NCBI GenBank assembly: GCA_040753215.1
Contig: JBFMEZ010000023.1
Location: 1 to 31,097, forward strand
Reading direction: 5' to 3'
DNA: 31,097 nt
Source of the DNA: Candidatus Micrarchaeota archaeon
GTDB lineage: Archaea > Micrarchaeota > Micrarchaeia > Anstonellales > Bilamarchaeaceae
The notes under the pieces are model-generated. The model saw only the letters and a program-made list of their open reading frames with translations. It had not been told where the DNA came from and ran no database searches. The position numbers and the translations under genes are program-made. Within the stretch, counting starts at the first letter, position 1; each line of letters starts with the position of its first letter. Positions 8,011-21,785 of this stretch are shown in pieces.

Positions 8011-9336
8011 TCACCTGTACCTGATGTATTCCTCTATTCCATCCTTATATCTAATTAATCCCTTCCCTTCCAGCACCTTCCCTTTCCTCAACCCACCGAG
8101 GTGCGAAGGCACAAACCCCCTCTTCGCATATTCCTTAAACGCCCCAAGGAAGTCCCTCCATCTCCTCTTCTCCACCGCAAAGATTCTCCCTTCCCTCTCC
8201 ACAAATTTCGCTCCCTTGTGCTTACTCCTGAATTTCCCGCAATCCTCGTTCATTTTCAAAAGGGGCCCGCGCATCTCCCTCTCTTTTGGGAGTTCCTTCT
8301 CCTTCAATTCAAAAAACAGAACCGTCTTCTTTCCGTCCGAATAATAATGCGAACCAAGCACCGTAAACCCGCTCTGCTCCAGAAAAACTCCGAGCGCAGA
8401 GCTCACCCTCCTTATCTGCCCCCAGAGCACATCATCCACTATTTTTTCATTAGTAAATTCTATTCCATAGAAGTTCCTTTCCTTCATCCATTTCCCGATA
8501 TTCGCATCACTAATCTTCTTAGGAAAGAAGAACTCCTCAGATGGATTCTTCAGGAACCTATTGCAAACCTCCACGAACCTCGCAAAGTTCTCCACACTCA
8601 CAGGGGCCGCCACATTCCTCTCCGCATCCACCGGGTCAACAACAACCAATTGCTCCGGAAATCTTGCAAGCGCCTCTTCCGGCTTAACGTAGTATTTCTC
8701 TGGATCCAAAACCACTCTTGTTTTCCATCCGGCAGCTGCCTTCAAAACCCCTTCAAAATTCCCATATGCAATTACCAAAAGCTCACAAAGATACCCCGAA
8801 AACCCCAGCGTCTTTATCTCCGCCCCATACAGCCCATTCGCTTTCAAGAATCTCTTCAACAACCTTACCTCATCCTTCTGCTCATCCCGCATCTCTTCCA
8901 ATACATATCTAGTATGCAATTGCGACCTGTCCACCGCGCTCCTTACCCGCTCTCCCTCCGCCATCAGGTAAGCAGGGACCACATCTATCTTCTTCCCATC
9001 AAGATAGAATTTCACATACGGATGCTCCGCATACGCAACCTCAATCTTCGCTTTCGGATAAGCCCCGTCCACCGCCTCCTTCACCTCCTCAAACATCAGT
9101 TCTTTGGAATAGGAATGCGGAAACAATGCAAACAAATCCACGTCCCCCTCCCCGGAAAGAAAAGTCCCCTTCGCCACAGAGCCGGTAAGCATCGTGCGCA
9201 CTCCGGAAGGCAGCAGTTCCCCTATCTTCACCTCAACCTCCCGCGCAATCCCTTCCACTTCACCCTGTTCTTTTTCGTCCGGAGTGATCTTTCTGAGCAC
9301 GTTTTGTAGCGTTTTTTCCATGCTTTCCGCAGCCAT
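8011..9336 (-). CDS. cca: Archaeal (class I) CCA-adding tRNA nucleotidyltransferase
   Basis: GSVAKGTFLSGEGDVDLF, YAEHPY, DVVP, SAVDRSQLH, GFSGYLCELL, DPVDAERNVAA. ATG 9336 follows an AGGTG RBS; 9321 is an alternative start. Confidence 0.95.
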   Translation of the reverse strand: MAAESMEKTLQNVLRKITPDEKEQGEVEGIAREVEVKIGELLPSGVRTMLTGSVAKGTFLSGEGDVDLFALFPHSYSKELMFEEVKEAVDGAYPKAKIEVAYAEHPYVKFYLDGKKIDVVPAYLMAEGERVRSAVDRSQLHTRYVLEEMRDEQKDEVRLLKRFLKANGLYGAEIKTLGFSGYLCELLVIAYGNFEGVLKAAAGWKTRVVLDPEKYYVKPEEALARFPEQLVVVDPVDAERNVAAPVSVENFARFVEVCNRFLKNPSEEFFFPKKISDANIGKWMKERNFYGIEFTNEKIVDDVLWGQIRRVSSALGVFLEQSGFTVLGSHYYSDGKKTVLFFELKEKELPKEREMRGPLLKMNEDCGKFRSKHKGAKFVEREGRIFAVEKRRWRDFLGAFKEYAKRGFVPSHLGGLRKGKVLEGKGLIRYKDGIEEYIRYR

Positions 9337-9465
9337 CAACCGCACCTTTTTACGCCCCCAAACTTCTACTTTTCTCTTAAAAAATCCATACCCTCAGAAT
9401 CCATGCACTTTTACGTCGATAAACCGAGGGGAAGCTTTATAATACTGACCTCATACAACATAGGC

Positions 9466-13639
<4,174 letters not shown>

Positions 13640-13642
13640 GCC

Positions 13643-16027
13643 ATGATAACCGACATACCGATTGAGGACGACATGAAGTCCTCCTACCTGGACTACGCGA
13701 TGAGCGTCATCACCAGCCGCGCACTCCCGGACGTGCGCGACGGCCTCAAGCCCGTGCAGAGGAGGATACTCTTCGCGATGCACGAGCTGGGCAACACCCA
13801 CGGCAAGCCCTACAAGAAGAGCGCGAGGGTGGTTGGGGAAGTCTTAGGCAAGTACCATCCCCACGGGGACATGGCGATATACGATGCGCTCGTCCGCATG
13901 GCGCAGGATTTCTCGCTCCGCGCCCCTCTTGTTGACGGGCAGGGCAATTTTGGTTCTATTGACGCAGATTCACCAGCCGCAATGAGATACACGGAGGTGC
14001 GCATGGCCGAGCTCGCAGGCGAAATGCTCAAGGATATAGAGAAGGAAACCGTAAAATTCTCCCCGAATTTCGACGGGACCCTCCAGGAGCCCACTGTTCT
14101 ACCATCCCGCCTCCCCAACCTCCTCCTCAACGGCTCCGCGGGCATCGCGGTGGGAATGGCCACCAACATTCCCCCCCACAACCTGAACGAAATCGCGGAC
14201 GCGATAATCTCCGTAATAGACGGCGGCAGCGAAGAGGACATCCTCCGCATCGTGCAGGGCCCCGACTTCCCCACGGGCGGCTCGATAATCGGCCGCGCCC
14301 AAGTGATAAACGCATACAAAACCGGCCGCGGAATAATCACCGTCCGCGGAAAGGCGGCAATAGAAGGGAACGAAATCACGATAACCGAAATCCCGTACCA
14401 GGTGAACAAGACCGCGCTCATCGAGCAGATCGTTTCGGCGGTCAAGGAGAAAAGGATAGAGGGCATCGGCGGAATCAGCGACCGCTCGGACAGGAACGGC
14501 ATGGCCCTCGTGATAGAAGTGAAGCGCGGCGAGGACCCGCAGATAGTCCTCAACCAGCTCTACTCATTCAGCGACCTCCAGAAGAGCTTCGGCATACTCA
14601 ACCTCGCCCTTGTGGGCGGCGAGCCGAGAACCCTCTCCCTTTATGAGATGGTGAGGGAGTTCATAGATTTCCGCAGGGAGGTCATAACGGCCCGCAGCAG
14701 GTTCGACCTCGCGCGGGCGCAGGAGCGCCTGCACATCCTCGAGGGCTTCCTGGTCGCGCTGGCGAACATAGACGCGGTGGTCCGGCTCATACGCGGCTCG
14801 AAGAGCCCCGATGAGGCGCGCGGGAAACTCTCTTCGGCGTACAAGCTCTCCGACAAGCAGGGCGCCGCAATCCTGGACATGAAACTGCAGAAGCTCACCG
14901 GGCTGGAGAGGCACGGGATAGAAACGGAGCACAGGGAAAAGCAGGACGAGATAAGGGGATTGCAGGAGCTGCTCGGGGACGAGAAGAAAATCCTAGGCGT
15001 GGTAAAGGAGGAAACGCTTGAGCTGCGGAGGAAATACGGCCAGCCGCGCCGCACGCTGCTGGAAGAGGGCGGGGCGGAGATGGAGATAGAGGAGCTCATC
15101 CCGGACGAGCCCGTGGTAATAACAATCTCGAGGAAGGGCTACATAAAGCGCGTCCCGCTCGCAGAATACCGCGCGCAGCGCCGCGGCGGGGTGGGCAAGG
15201 TGGGCGCGGAGACCGTGGAAGAGGACGTGATCGAGGACGTCATCGTGACGACCAGCCACAAGTACATGCTCTTCTTCACCGACAAGGGGAAGGTGCACTG
15301 GCTCAAGGCCTACCGCATTCCCGAGGCCGGCCGCTATTCCCGCGGGAAACCCATAGTGAATCTCCTGGGCACCGAAGGCGAAACTGTAACTGCCTCCATC
15401 GCGGTGGACGAATTCCGCGAGAACGAATATTTCTTCATGACGACTAGGCTCGGCACGGTGAAGCGCGTGCAGGCAACGGATTTCAGCAATCCGCGCAAGG
15501 GCGGCATAATTGCAATCACCCTGCACGAGGGCGATTCCCTCATCTCCGTCCGCAAAACCGACGGCAGCAGGAACATCATCCTCGGCACAAAGAAAGGGTT
15601 CGCAATCCACTTCTCCGAGCAGGATGTGCGCGATGTGGGCCGCTCAGCCGCGGGGGTGCGCGGCATAAAGCTCCGCAGGGGCGACGAGGTGGTGAGCTCC
15701 GCGGTGACCGACCGCCAGTTCATCCTCACCATCACCGAAAACGGGTACGGCAAGAAAACCCCGGTGTCCGAATACCGCCTGCAGGGGAGGGGCGGCTTCG
15801 GCGTCATAAACATGAAAACCGGGGCGCGCAACGGGGACGTTGTCAACCTCCGGTGCGTCGGCGACGATGAAGACGCCATAATCACCACCGCAAGCGGGAT
15901 GCTCCTCCGCGTCCCTGTGCGCGAGATTTCCACGGTCGGCAGGAATACGCTCGGCGTGCGCGTGATAAAGCTGAAGGAAGGCGAGAAGGTAACCTCGTTC
16001 ACAACGGTCATGCCGGAATCCGCATAG
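13643..16027 (+). CDS. gyrA: DNA gyrase subunit A
   Basis: [31 protein letters not shown] catalytic Tyr, GyrA-box QRRGGVG, C-terminal pinwheel repeats. Confidence 0.98.
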   Translation: MITDIPIEDDMKSSYLDYAMSVITSRALPDVRDGLKPVQRRILFAMHELGNTHGKPYKKSARVVGEVLGKYHPHGDMAIYDALVRMAQDFSLRAPLVDGQGNFGSIDADSPAAMRYTEVRMAELAGEMLKDIEKETVKFSPNFDGTLQEPTVLPSRLPNLLLNGSAGIAVGMATNIPPHNLNEIADAIISVIDGGSEEDILRIVQGPDFPTGGSIIGRAQVINAYKTGRGIITVRGKAAIEGNEITITEIPYQVNKTALIEQIVSAVKEKRIEGIGGISDRSDRNGMALVIEVKRGEDPQIVLNQLYSFSDLQKSFGILNLALVGGEPRTLSLYEMVREFIDFRREVITARSRFDLARAQERLHILEGFLVALANIDAVVRLIRGSKSPDEARGKLSSAYKLSDKQGAAILDMKLQKLTGLERHGIETEHREKQDEIRGLQELLGDEKKILGVVKEETLELRRKYGQPRRTLLEEGGAEMEIEELIPDEPVVITISRKGYIKRVPLAEYRAQRRGGVGKVGAETVEEDVIEDVIVTTSHKYMLFFTDKGKVHWLKAYRIPEAGRYSRGKPIVNLLGTEGETVTASIAVDEFRENEYFFMTTRLGTVKRVQATDFSNPRKGGIIAITLHEGDSLISVRKTDGSRNIILGTKKGFAIHFSEQDVRDVGRSAAGVRGIKLRRGDEVVSSAVTDRQFILTITENGYGKKTPVSEYRLQGRGGFGVINMKTGARNGDVVNLRCVGDDEDAIITTASGMLLRVPVREISTVGRNTLGVRVIKLKEGEKVTSFTTVMPESA

Positions 16028-16067
16028 TTTTTAACACCTCGGCATCCACAACATTGCGGGTTATGCC

Positions 16068-17324
16068 ATGCTGAAGAACGCGCTTTTTCTCATCATCCTG
16101 GTGTCCGGCATTTTTGCCGCAACGTGCGAGCCGGGCTTCACCGACCAGGTGCGCCTCCAGGTCCTTGGCGCGAAATGGAGGCCCATACCCAACGCGACCG
16201 TGACATTCACCTACCAGAAGGATTTCACGACCGGGAAGGGCTACATAACAACCGCGCCGCTCTACACCGATGCGGATGGCCGCGTTTCCACGACGCTCCG
16301 CAACACGGAGCAGGTGGAGAGCCAGGTCAGGTGCGACATAAGGATAAACGTGACCTTCGACGGCGTCACCATGATAAAGACGATTAACGCGCAGCAACAT
16401 CTCGCGGACGAGCAGGTGCAGTTCGACGCCTATCTCCTCACGCTGAGGGCAATCGACAAATACGGCGCCCCCCTCGCCGGCGTTCCTGTGCGCGTGAACA
16501 GGATGGAGGGCACGACGGACGGCCGCGGGTTCGCCTATTTCCAGGCAAACAAAAAGGAGGATGTGGAAGTGGCCATCATCTACCGCGGCAGCGTGATTTC
16601 CAGGTCGATAGCGGTGCAGAACGACACGTACTACACCCTGCAGGCGCTGCTCTACAATTTCATCCTCAACGTGGTTGACGACAGCGGGAACCCGCTCACG
16701 GCAACAATCCTCATAGAGGACCAGACCTATTCGTCCGCCAACGTTTCGCTGGCTGACACCCCGCTCGCAAGGCCCTCGGTGTCGGTCACCTACGGCCTCC
16801 TTACGAAGGCACTTGAGATAGACCTTTCAGAGCGCGAATCGTACACCGCCGTGTTCGACCTCACCCCCCCGGATATAGAAAACGTGCAGGTTGCGATGAC
16901 CCCGCAGGGCGACGCCAGGATAGCGTTTGACGTCGTGGACCCGAACGCCCTGGCAAGCGGGCCGTCGCTTGAGGACACTCTCGTCTCCTACACGATAGGC
17001 GGCACCACGTACACCGCCGCCCCGTTTGTTGAAGGCGGCAGATACGTAGCAGAGATACCGAGGCCTCCAGCAAACTCGCTGATCCGCTTCAGGATAATCG
17101 CAAAGGATGCGGAGGGCAACACGAAGACGGTTGAAGGCGAGTACCTCGTGCAGCCCGCACAGCCGGAGCAGCCTCCGGAGCAGCCGCCCGAACAGCCCCC
17201 CGTGCAGCCACCCGCGATAATCCCGGCCGAGAATCCCCTGCTGCTGGCCGCGGCCGCCATAATAGGGCTCGCGCTCCTGTGGGTCGTCTACAATTACATA
17301 CGCGGCCTCTCCTCACCGGAGTAG
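16068..17324 (+). CDS. Hypothetical cell-surface protein (signal peptide, beta-sandwich-like domains, PEQP linker, C-terminal membrane anchor)
   Basis: N-terminal hydrophobic signal, beta-rich Thr/Val-rich body with TDADG/TDGRG motifs, (PPEQ)n repeat, C-terminal LLLAAAAIIGLALLWVVY. Confidence 0.8.
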   Translation: MLKNALFLIILVSGIFAATCEPGFTDQVRLQVLGAKWRPIPNATVTFTYQKDFTTGKGYITTAPLYTDADGRVSTTLRNTEQVESQVRCDIRINVTFDGVTMIKTINAQQHLADEQVQFDAYLLTLRAIDKYGAPLAGVPVRVNRMEGTTDGRGFAYFQANKKEDVEVAIIYRGSVISRSIAVQNDTYYTLQALLYNFILNVVDDSGNPLTATILIEDQTYSSANVSLADTPLARPSVSVTYGLLTKALEIDLSERESYTAVFDLTPPDIENVQVAMTPQGDARIAFDVVDPNALASGPSLEDTLVSYTIGGTTYTAAPFVEGGRYVAEIPRPPANSLIRFRIIAKDAEGNTKTVEGEYLVQPAQPEQPPEQPPEQPPVQPPAIIPAENPLLLAAAAIIGLALLWVVYNYIRGLSSPE

Positions 17325-17334
17325 CGTGCGCCTC

Positions 17335-17548
17335 TAGGGTGTTGCAAATTTAAAACCAATGCCCGTTAGCTGTTGTCACCCGGTCTTGCAGTTGTCTCCA
17401 TGTCTTGCATGGTCTTCAGGTCTTGTGTGACTTTCAGGACCCTCAGGACAACTCAAGACTTCACGCCGTGGAGGTTCACCAGACTCCAAGACCCCCAAGA
17501 CTAGGAGACCACAGAGATTATGCCGCATTTGTAATTTGCAACAGGCTC
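17335..17548. mobile_element. MITE copy 1 (214 bp)
   Basis: Ends TAGGGTGTTGCAAATT ... AATTTGCAACAGGCTC form imperfect 16-bp TIRs. Flanked by an exact 7-bp direct repeat GCGCCTC (17328-17334 and 17549-17555). A near-identical copy lies at 24122-24353. Confidence 0.88.
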
Positions 17549-17615
17549 GCGCCTCCCCCGATGATAGATTTATAAATCATTTCTTCGTATATAAGTTGTG
17601 TGAAAAGGTGACAAA

Positions 17616-18353
17616 ATGCCAAGAGGAAGGAGAATTGTCATAAACAGAAAAATCAACGACGACAAAATAGATCGCCTGACCTCCCTCGACCTTGATGAAA
17701 TAAGGAAGAGGCGTGGGGCGGTCGAGCGCAGCCTATCCTCATCCATAACCACAGTGATGGAAGCGGCACAGCGCGCCTACGAGCGCGCAAGGACCGGCGA
17801 CAGCGAGCTGAAAAGGACCGGCCTGCTCTCCATACAGGATTCCTACGAGTACCTCCGCTCAAAGGGCATGGACATCTCCTTCAGGGCATTCGGCGGCAGG
17901 ATAGAGCGCAGGAGCGTCCCTTCCGTAAAGGTGGGCAAGAAGAGGTACATCCCCGTCCAGGCCCTCGAGGACATCCTCTCGGTCACCAAGGACTTCTACA
18001 CGATACGCGAGGCGTTCGAGCTCTACAGGAAATACAACCGCACCATAAACTACCGCGCTTTCATCGGCAGGGTGGAGAAGAACTCAATTCCCTCGCTGAA
18101 GATAGGGACGAAGAGGCTCATCCCGAGGGACGCGATAGACAGCCTTTCGCACATCGCGCGCAAGTACCATTCGGTAAGCGAGGCGATACGCGAGCTGCAC
18201 GGCAGGGGCGTTGAGATAAAGAGGAACGCCTTTGAGAGGAGGCTCGACAGGAACCGCATCCCCCACGTGAAGATAGGCGGGAGGCGCTTCATCCCCCACG
18301 ACGTCATAGACGAGCTGGCGGACAAGGAGCTCGCCCTCAGCAAGTCTAAATAA
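17616..18353 (+). CDS. DNA-binding protein with three tandem excisionase/MerR-like (HTH_17-type) winged-helix domains
   Basis: Three repeats of about 58 aa ending VPSVKVGKKRYIP / IPSLKIGTKRLIP / IPHVKIGGRRFIP. TATA TTTATAAA at about 17569 and a GGTGA RBS. Confidence 0.8.
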   Translation: MPRGRRIVINRKINDDKIDRLTSLDLDEIRKRRGAVERSLSSSITTVMEAAQRAYERARTGDSELKRTGLLSIQDSYEYLRSKGMDISFRAFGGRIERRSVPSVKVGKKRYIPVQALEDILSVTKDFYTIREAFELYRKYNRTINYRAFIGRVEKNSIPSLKIGTKRLIPRDAIDSLSHIARKYHSVSEAIRELHGRGVEIKRNAFERRLDRNRIPHVKIGGRRFIPHDVIDELADKELALSKSK

Positions 18354-18376
18354 CCCTTCCTTTTCCAATCCTATTC

Positions 18377-20806
18377 ATGCCCGCGAGGAGAGCGCTTTTC
18401 ATAGATGCCGATTATGCCATCCGGGACGGCCAGACCTACGCCCGCCTCCTTGTGAAGGGAAAGAAGGCCACGCGCCTCCTTTTCCCCTACGACCCGTATT
18501 TTTATGTGGATGCGGACGAGGATGAGCGGGCCGCGGTGGAGTCCCTCTCTGTAAAAACCAGGGACGGCAGGGAGGTCCGCCCCAGGCGCACGGAATTCGC
18601 CGAAAAAATCCTCGCCGGGGAGAAGAAGCGCCTGCTCCGCGTTTTCTGCCACGAGCCGCGCCATGTCCCGGTCCTGCGCGAAGCGGTCCCGTTCCCGTGC
18701 TACGAGGCCGAAATCCATTTCGGCAGGCGCTTCATGATGGATTTCGGCCTGGTCCCCTTCTCCGTAATCTCCTACGAGCGCGAGGGCCGCATCATAAAAA
18801 AATTCCTGGGAAGCAGGGGCGGGGACCCGTCGATGCTGCGCCGCCTGGCATTCGACACGGAGGTGTACAACCCGGCGGGCGCACCCCGCCCCTCCCGCGA
18901 CCCCATAATAATGTTCAGCTTCTGCGATTCCGCGGGGGGAAAAGGGGTGGTCACGTACAAGGCCGACCACAAGGATTACATAGAGATGGTCCAGAACGAG
19001 AAGGAGCTCCTTGAGCGCTTCTTCTCCACAATCGATGAGAGGGGCGCGGATGTCCTCTACGGGTACAACACCACAAATTTCGACCTCCCGTACATGGCCG
19101 AGCGCGCAAAAAAGCTCGGCATCCCGCTCGCGCTGGGCCGCGACGGAAGCCCCTACCGCCTGGTGAAGAAGGGGCTCATAAACCCGCTTGAGATAAGGGG
19201 CCGCGTCCACATAGACCTCTACCCGGTGATGAAGTTCTTCGGCTTCACCGGCCTCATCCGCACCGACGACTACACCCTTAAGAACGTTTACTCTGCAGTG
19301 ACCGGAAAGAGCGCGACCAGGATAGAGCGCCTTGACATATGGAAGCTCTGGGACAGCGGCAGCATATCCGCCCTCACGGAATACGCTCTCGCGGATTCCC
19401 TCGCGACGATGGAGCTCGGCGAGCTGGCCTTCCCGCTGCTCACCGAGCTCTCGGCAATCACCCGGCTCCCGCTCTTTGATGCCTCATACGCCACCTCGGG
19501 CCAGCTTGTCGAAAGCCTGCTGATGAGCGAAGCGGCCTCCCGGAACATGGTAATACCCCCCAAGCCGGGCGGCGCGGCGGTATCCGCACGAATGGAGAAC
19601 CCCATCCAGGGGGCGTACGTAAAGCTTCCGGCCCCGGGCATATACGACAATATAGCGGTATTCGACTTCCGCGGCCTGTACCCCTCCATAATCTGCTCCT
19701 ACAACATAGACCCGTTCACGATGGGCCGCGAAGGCACAAACCAAACGCCCAGGGCAGCAGAAGGGCAGAAAGAGCGGGCGTTTGGTTTGGATTCTCACAC
19801 ATCCCCCACGGGCGCAAGGTTCCTGAAATCCCCCAAAGGCCTCATACCCGTCGTGCTGGAAGGCCTCATCGAGCGCCGCGCCGCAATCAAGCGCCAGCTC
19901 AGGGCCGCGGAAAAGGATACGGAAGAATACAGGAAGCTGTCCGCGCGCTCACACGCCCTGAAGATTCTCGCCAACTCCTTCTACGGCTACCTCGGGTACG
20001 CGCGGTCGCGCTGGTACAACCGCAGATGCGCGGAGAGCGTAACCGCATGGGGAAGGATGCACATACTTGATGCGGAAGAGAAGGCGAAGGCGGCCGGCTT
20101 TGACGTGCTCTATATGGATACGGATAGTCTGTTCTTGCTTCTTGGGGAAAAGAAGAGGGAGGATGCCCTCGCCTTCTTGGAAAAAGTGAACAGGGAACTG
20201 CCGGAGAAGATGGAGCTCGAGCTCGAGGGTTTTTACACGCGGGGCGTTTTCGTGAGCAAAAAAGCCGAGGAGCGGGGGGCGAAGAAAAAATATGCCCTTC
20301 TCGGGGAGGACGGAAGGATAAAAATCCGCGGGTTCGAGCTGGTGCGCCGCGACTGGTCCGGAATCGCAAAAGACACCCAGCGCCGCGTCCTCGAGGCGAT
20401 ACTCCGCGAAGGCAGCAAGGACAAGGCGGTTTCCATAGTGCGCGAAGTCGTGGAATCACTCCGCTCGGGCAGGGTTCCGCTCCCACAGCTTGCAATCTAC
20501 ACCCAGCTGAAGAAGGAGCCCGGAAGGTACGAGGTAATAAGCCCGGAACTCTCCGCCGCCCAGAAGGCGCGCAGGCGCGGAAAGCGGATGGAGCGCGGCA
20601 GCATCGTGGGCTTCGTAATCACCAGGAAAGGCAAAAGCATCTCCGAAAAATCCGAGCTTCTCGAATTCGCTTCCGATTACGACCCGGACTATTACATAAA
20701 CAACCAGGTCCTCCCCGCGGTGATGAAGATACTCAAGGAGCTGGGCGCTGACGAATACGAGCTCACCCATGGGGGGAGGCAGAAAGGGATGAACGATTTC
20801 TTCTGA
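18377..20806 (+). CDS. polB: Family B DNA polymerase
   Basis: Exo motifs FDTE, GYNTTNFD, YALAD. Pol motifs DFRGLYPSII, KILANSFYGY, YMDTDS, KKKY, RGFELVRRDW. C-terminal PIP box QKGMNDFF. Confidence 0.96.
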   Translation: MPARRALFIDADYAIRDGQTYARLLVKGKKATRLLFPYDPYFYVDADEDERAAVESLSVKTRDGREVRPRRTEFAEKILAGEKKRLLRVFCHEPRHVPVLREAVPFPCYEAEIHFGRRFMMDFGLVPFSVISYEREGRIIKKFLGSRGGDPSMLRRLAFDTEVYNPAGAPRPSRDPIIMFSFCDSAGGKGVVTYKADHKDYIEMVQNEKELLERFFSTIDERGADVLYGYNTTNFDLPYMAERAKKLGIPLALGRDGSPYRLVKKGLINPLEIRGRVHIDLYPVMKFFGFTGLIRTDDYTLKNVYSAVTGKSATRIERLDIWKLWDSGSISALTEYALADSLATMELGELAFPLLTELSAITRLPLFDASYATSGQLVESLLMSEAASRNMVIPPKPGGAAVSARMENPIQGAYVKLPAPGIYDNIAVFDFRGLYPSIICSYNIDPFTMGREGTNQTPRAAEGQKERAFGLDSHTSPTGARFLKSPKGLIPVVLEGLIERRAAIKRQLRAAEKDTEEYRKLSARSHALKILANSFYGYLGYARSRWYNRRCAESVTAWGRMHILDAEEKAKAAGFDVLYMDTDSLFLLLGEKKREDALAFLEKVNRELPEKMELELEGFYTRGVFVSKKAEERGAKKKYALLGEDGRIKIRGFELVRRDWSGIAKDTQRRVLEAILREGSKDKAVSIVREVVESLRSGRVPLPQLAIYTQLKKEPGRYEVISPELSAAQKARRRGKRMERGSIVGFVITRKGKSISEKSELLEFASDYDPDYYINNQVLPAVMKILKELGADEYELTHGGRQKGMNDFF
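19737..19789. repeat. Perfect 14-bp inverted repeat inside polB coding sequence
   Basis: CAAACCAAACGCCC (19737-19750), 25-nt loop, GGGCGTTTGGTTTG (19776-19789). Confidence 0.85.
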
Positions 20807-20885
20807 TTTTTGCACCCCCGGACAAATATTTATAAAACAATTGAGGGATTTATGTACAATTCGAGGCGTTTAGCAGGGGGTATAA

Positions 20886-21758
20886 ATGGAAAGAAACAGG
20901 ATGCTCAGCTGGACCCAGACCCATGAGGTACTGGAAGAGCTGATGGAGGGCTTCGAGAGGGGCGAGGAAAACCCGCGCCACCCCGTGGGGGCGCCCGAGC
21001 CCGTTTCACTCAGGAGAAAGAATGGCGTCACATGCATCAGATACAAATGGAACGAAACCCCATCCGCCCAGGTCCGCATCGAATCGATAAGATATTCCGA
21101 CGGGAACCTCCGCTATCTCCATTCCGTAGATGCAAAGGAAGGCGCTGATACGGCCGTGTTCACGCATTCGGGCGCGACCTACATAATGCGCAGGACCGCC
21201 TTGAGGGCCGCAAAGCGCCTCTTCGCATGCGCTAATGCAATCCGTGGCTGCATTTCAAGAATAGTCGCCTGGTTCAAAACCCTTGCCGGCAGCGTGTACA
21301 TCGTTTCCCGCGTGGACAAATCCACATGGAGCCTTGATGAGCAGCTCTCGGCCCCCCACCTTCAGAGCACTTCCTGGGACTACCTGGGCCCGTCCCACCG
21401 CAGCCGCTTTGCCGAGCTCGCAACCGAGATGATGGTGAAGCTCCACAGGAGCGGCTACGTTTTTGCCAATCCCGTCCCCTCAGGCTTCATGCTCGATTCC
21501 GGCGGGGCGCTGGTCGCCGACCCGCGCGACCTCAGGCCCATGAAGCGCACCAGCGATGCGGTGGACAATTTCATACTGATGATGCGCGGCCTCTTCCTCC
21601 GCGGCTTCACTTGCAGCGGCACCCTCTTCTATTGCCTCTCGCTGTACGCAAATTCGATGGAAGAAGAATGCCGCGGCTGGCACAGGAAGAATGGCAACTC
21701 CGGGCCTGCAGACCTTTTTGGAATTGCGCAGGAACTGGAGCGACACATAACCGCCTGA
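20886..21758 (+). CDS. Hypothetical protein, possible degenerate protein-kinase-like fold
   Basis: 290-aa ORF with its own TATA (TTTATAAAA about 20829) and GGGGG RBS. The segment MVKLHRSGYVFANPVPSGFML...LVADPR has the spacing of a kinase catalytic loop. Confidence 0.7.
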   Translation: MERNRMLSWTQTHEVLEELMEGFERGEENPRHPVGAPEPVSLRRKNGVTCIRYKWNETPSAQVRIESIRYSDGNLRYLHSVDAKEGADTAVFTHSGATYIMRRTALRAAKRLFACANAIRGCISRIVAWFKTLAGSVYIVSRVDKSTWSLDEQLSAPHLQSTSWDYLGPSHRSRFAELATEMMVKLHRSGYVFANPVPSGFMLDSGGALVADPRDLRPMKRTSDAVDNFILMMRGLFLRGFTCSGTLFYCLSLYANSMEEECRGWHRKNGNSGPADLFGIAQELERHITA

Positions 21759-21785
21759 CTGTTTCCGGTTTCCCCGTTTCCGGAG
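21759..21785 (+). repeat. Degenerate 7-nt tandem repeat (CCGGTTT-like), intergenic
   Basis: CTGTTTC CGGTTTC CCCGTTTC CGGAGC fills the gap between convergent genes. Confidence 0.65.

Noticed and set aside
17150..17215. (PPEQ)n coding repeat in the surface protein
   Set aside because: An ordinary Pro-rich linker before a membrane anchor.
20108..20130. PolB motif C reads YMDTDS instead of YGDTDS, suggesting an inactive polymerase
   Set aside because: Both aspartates and all other exo/pol motifs and the PIP box are intact.
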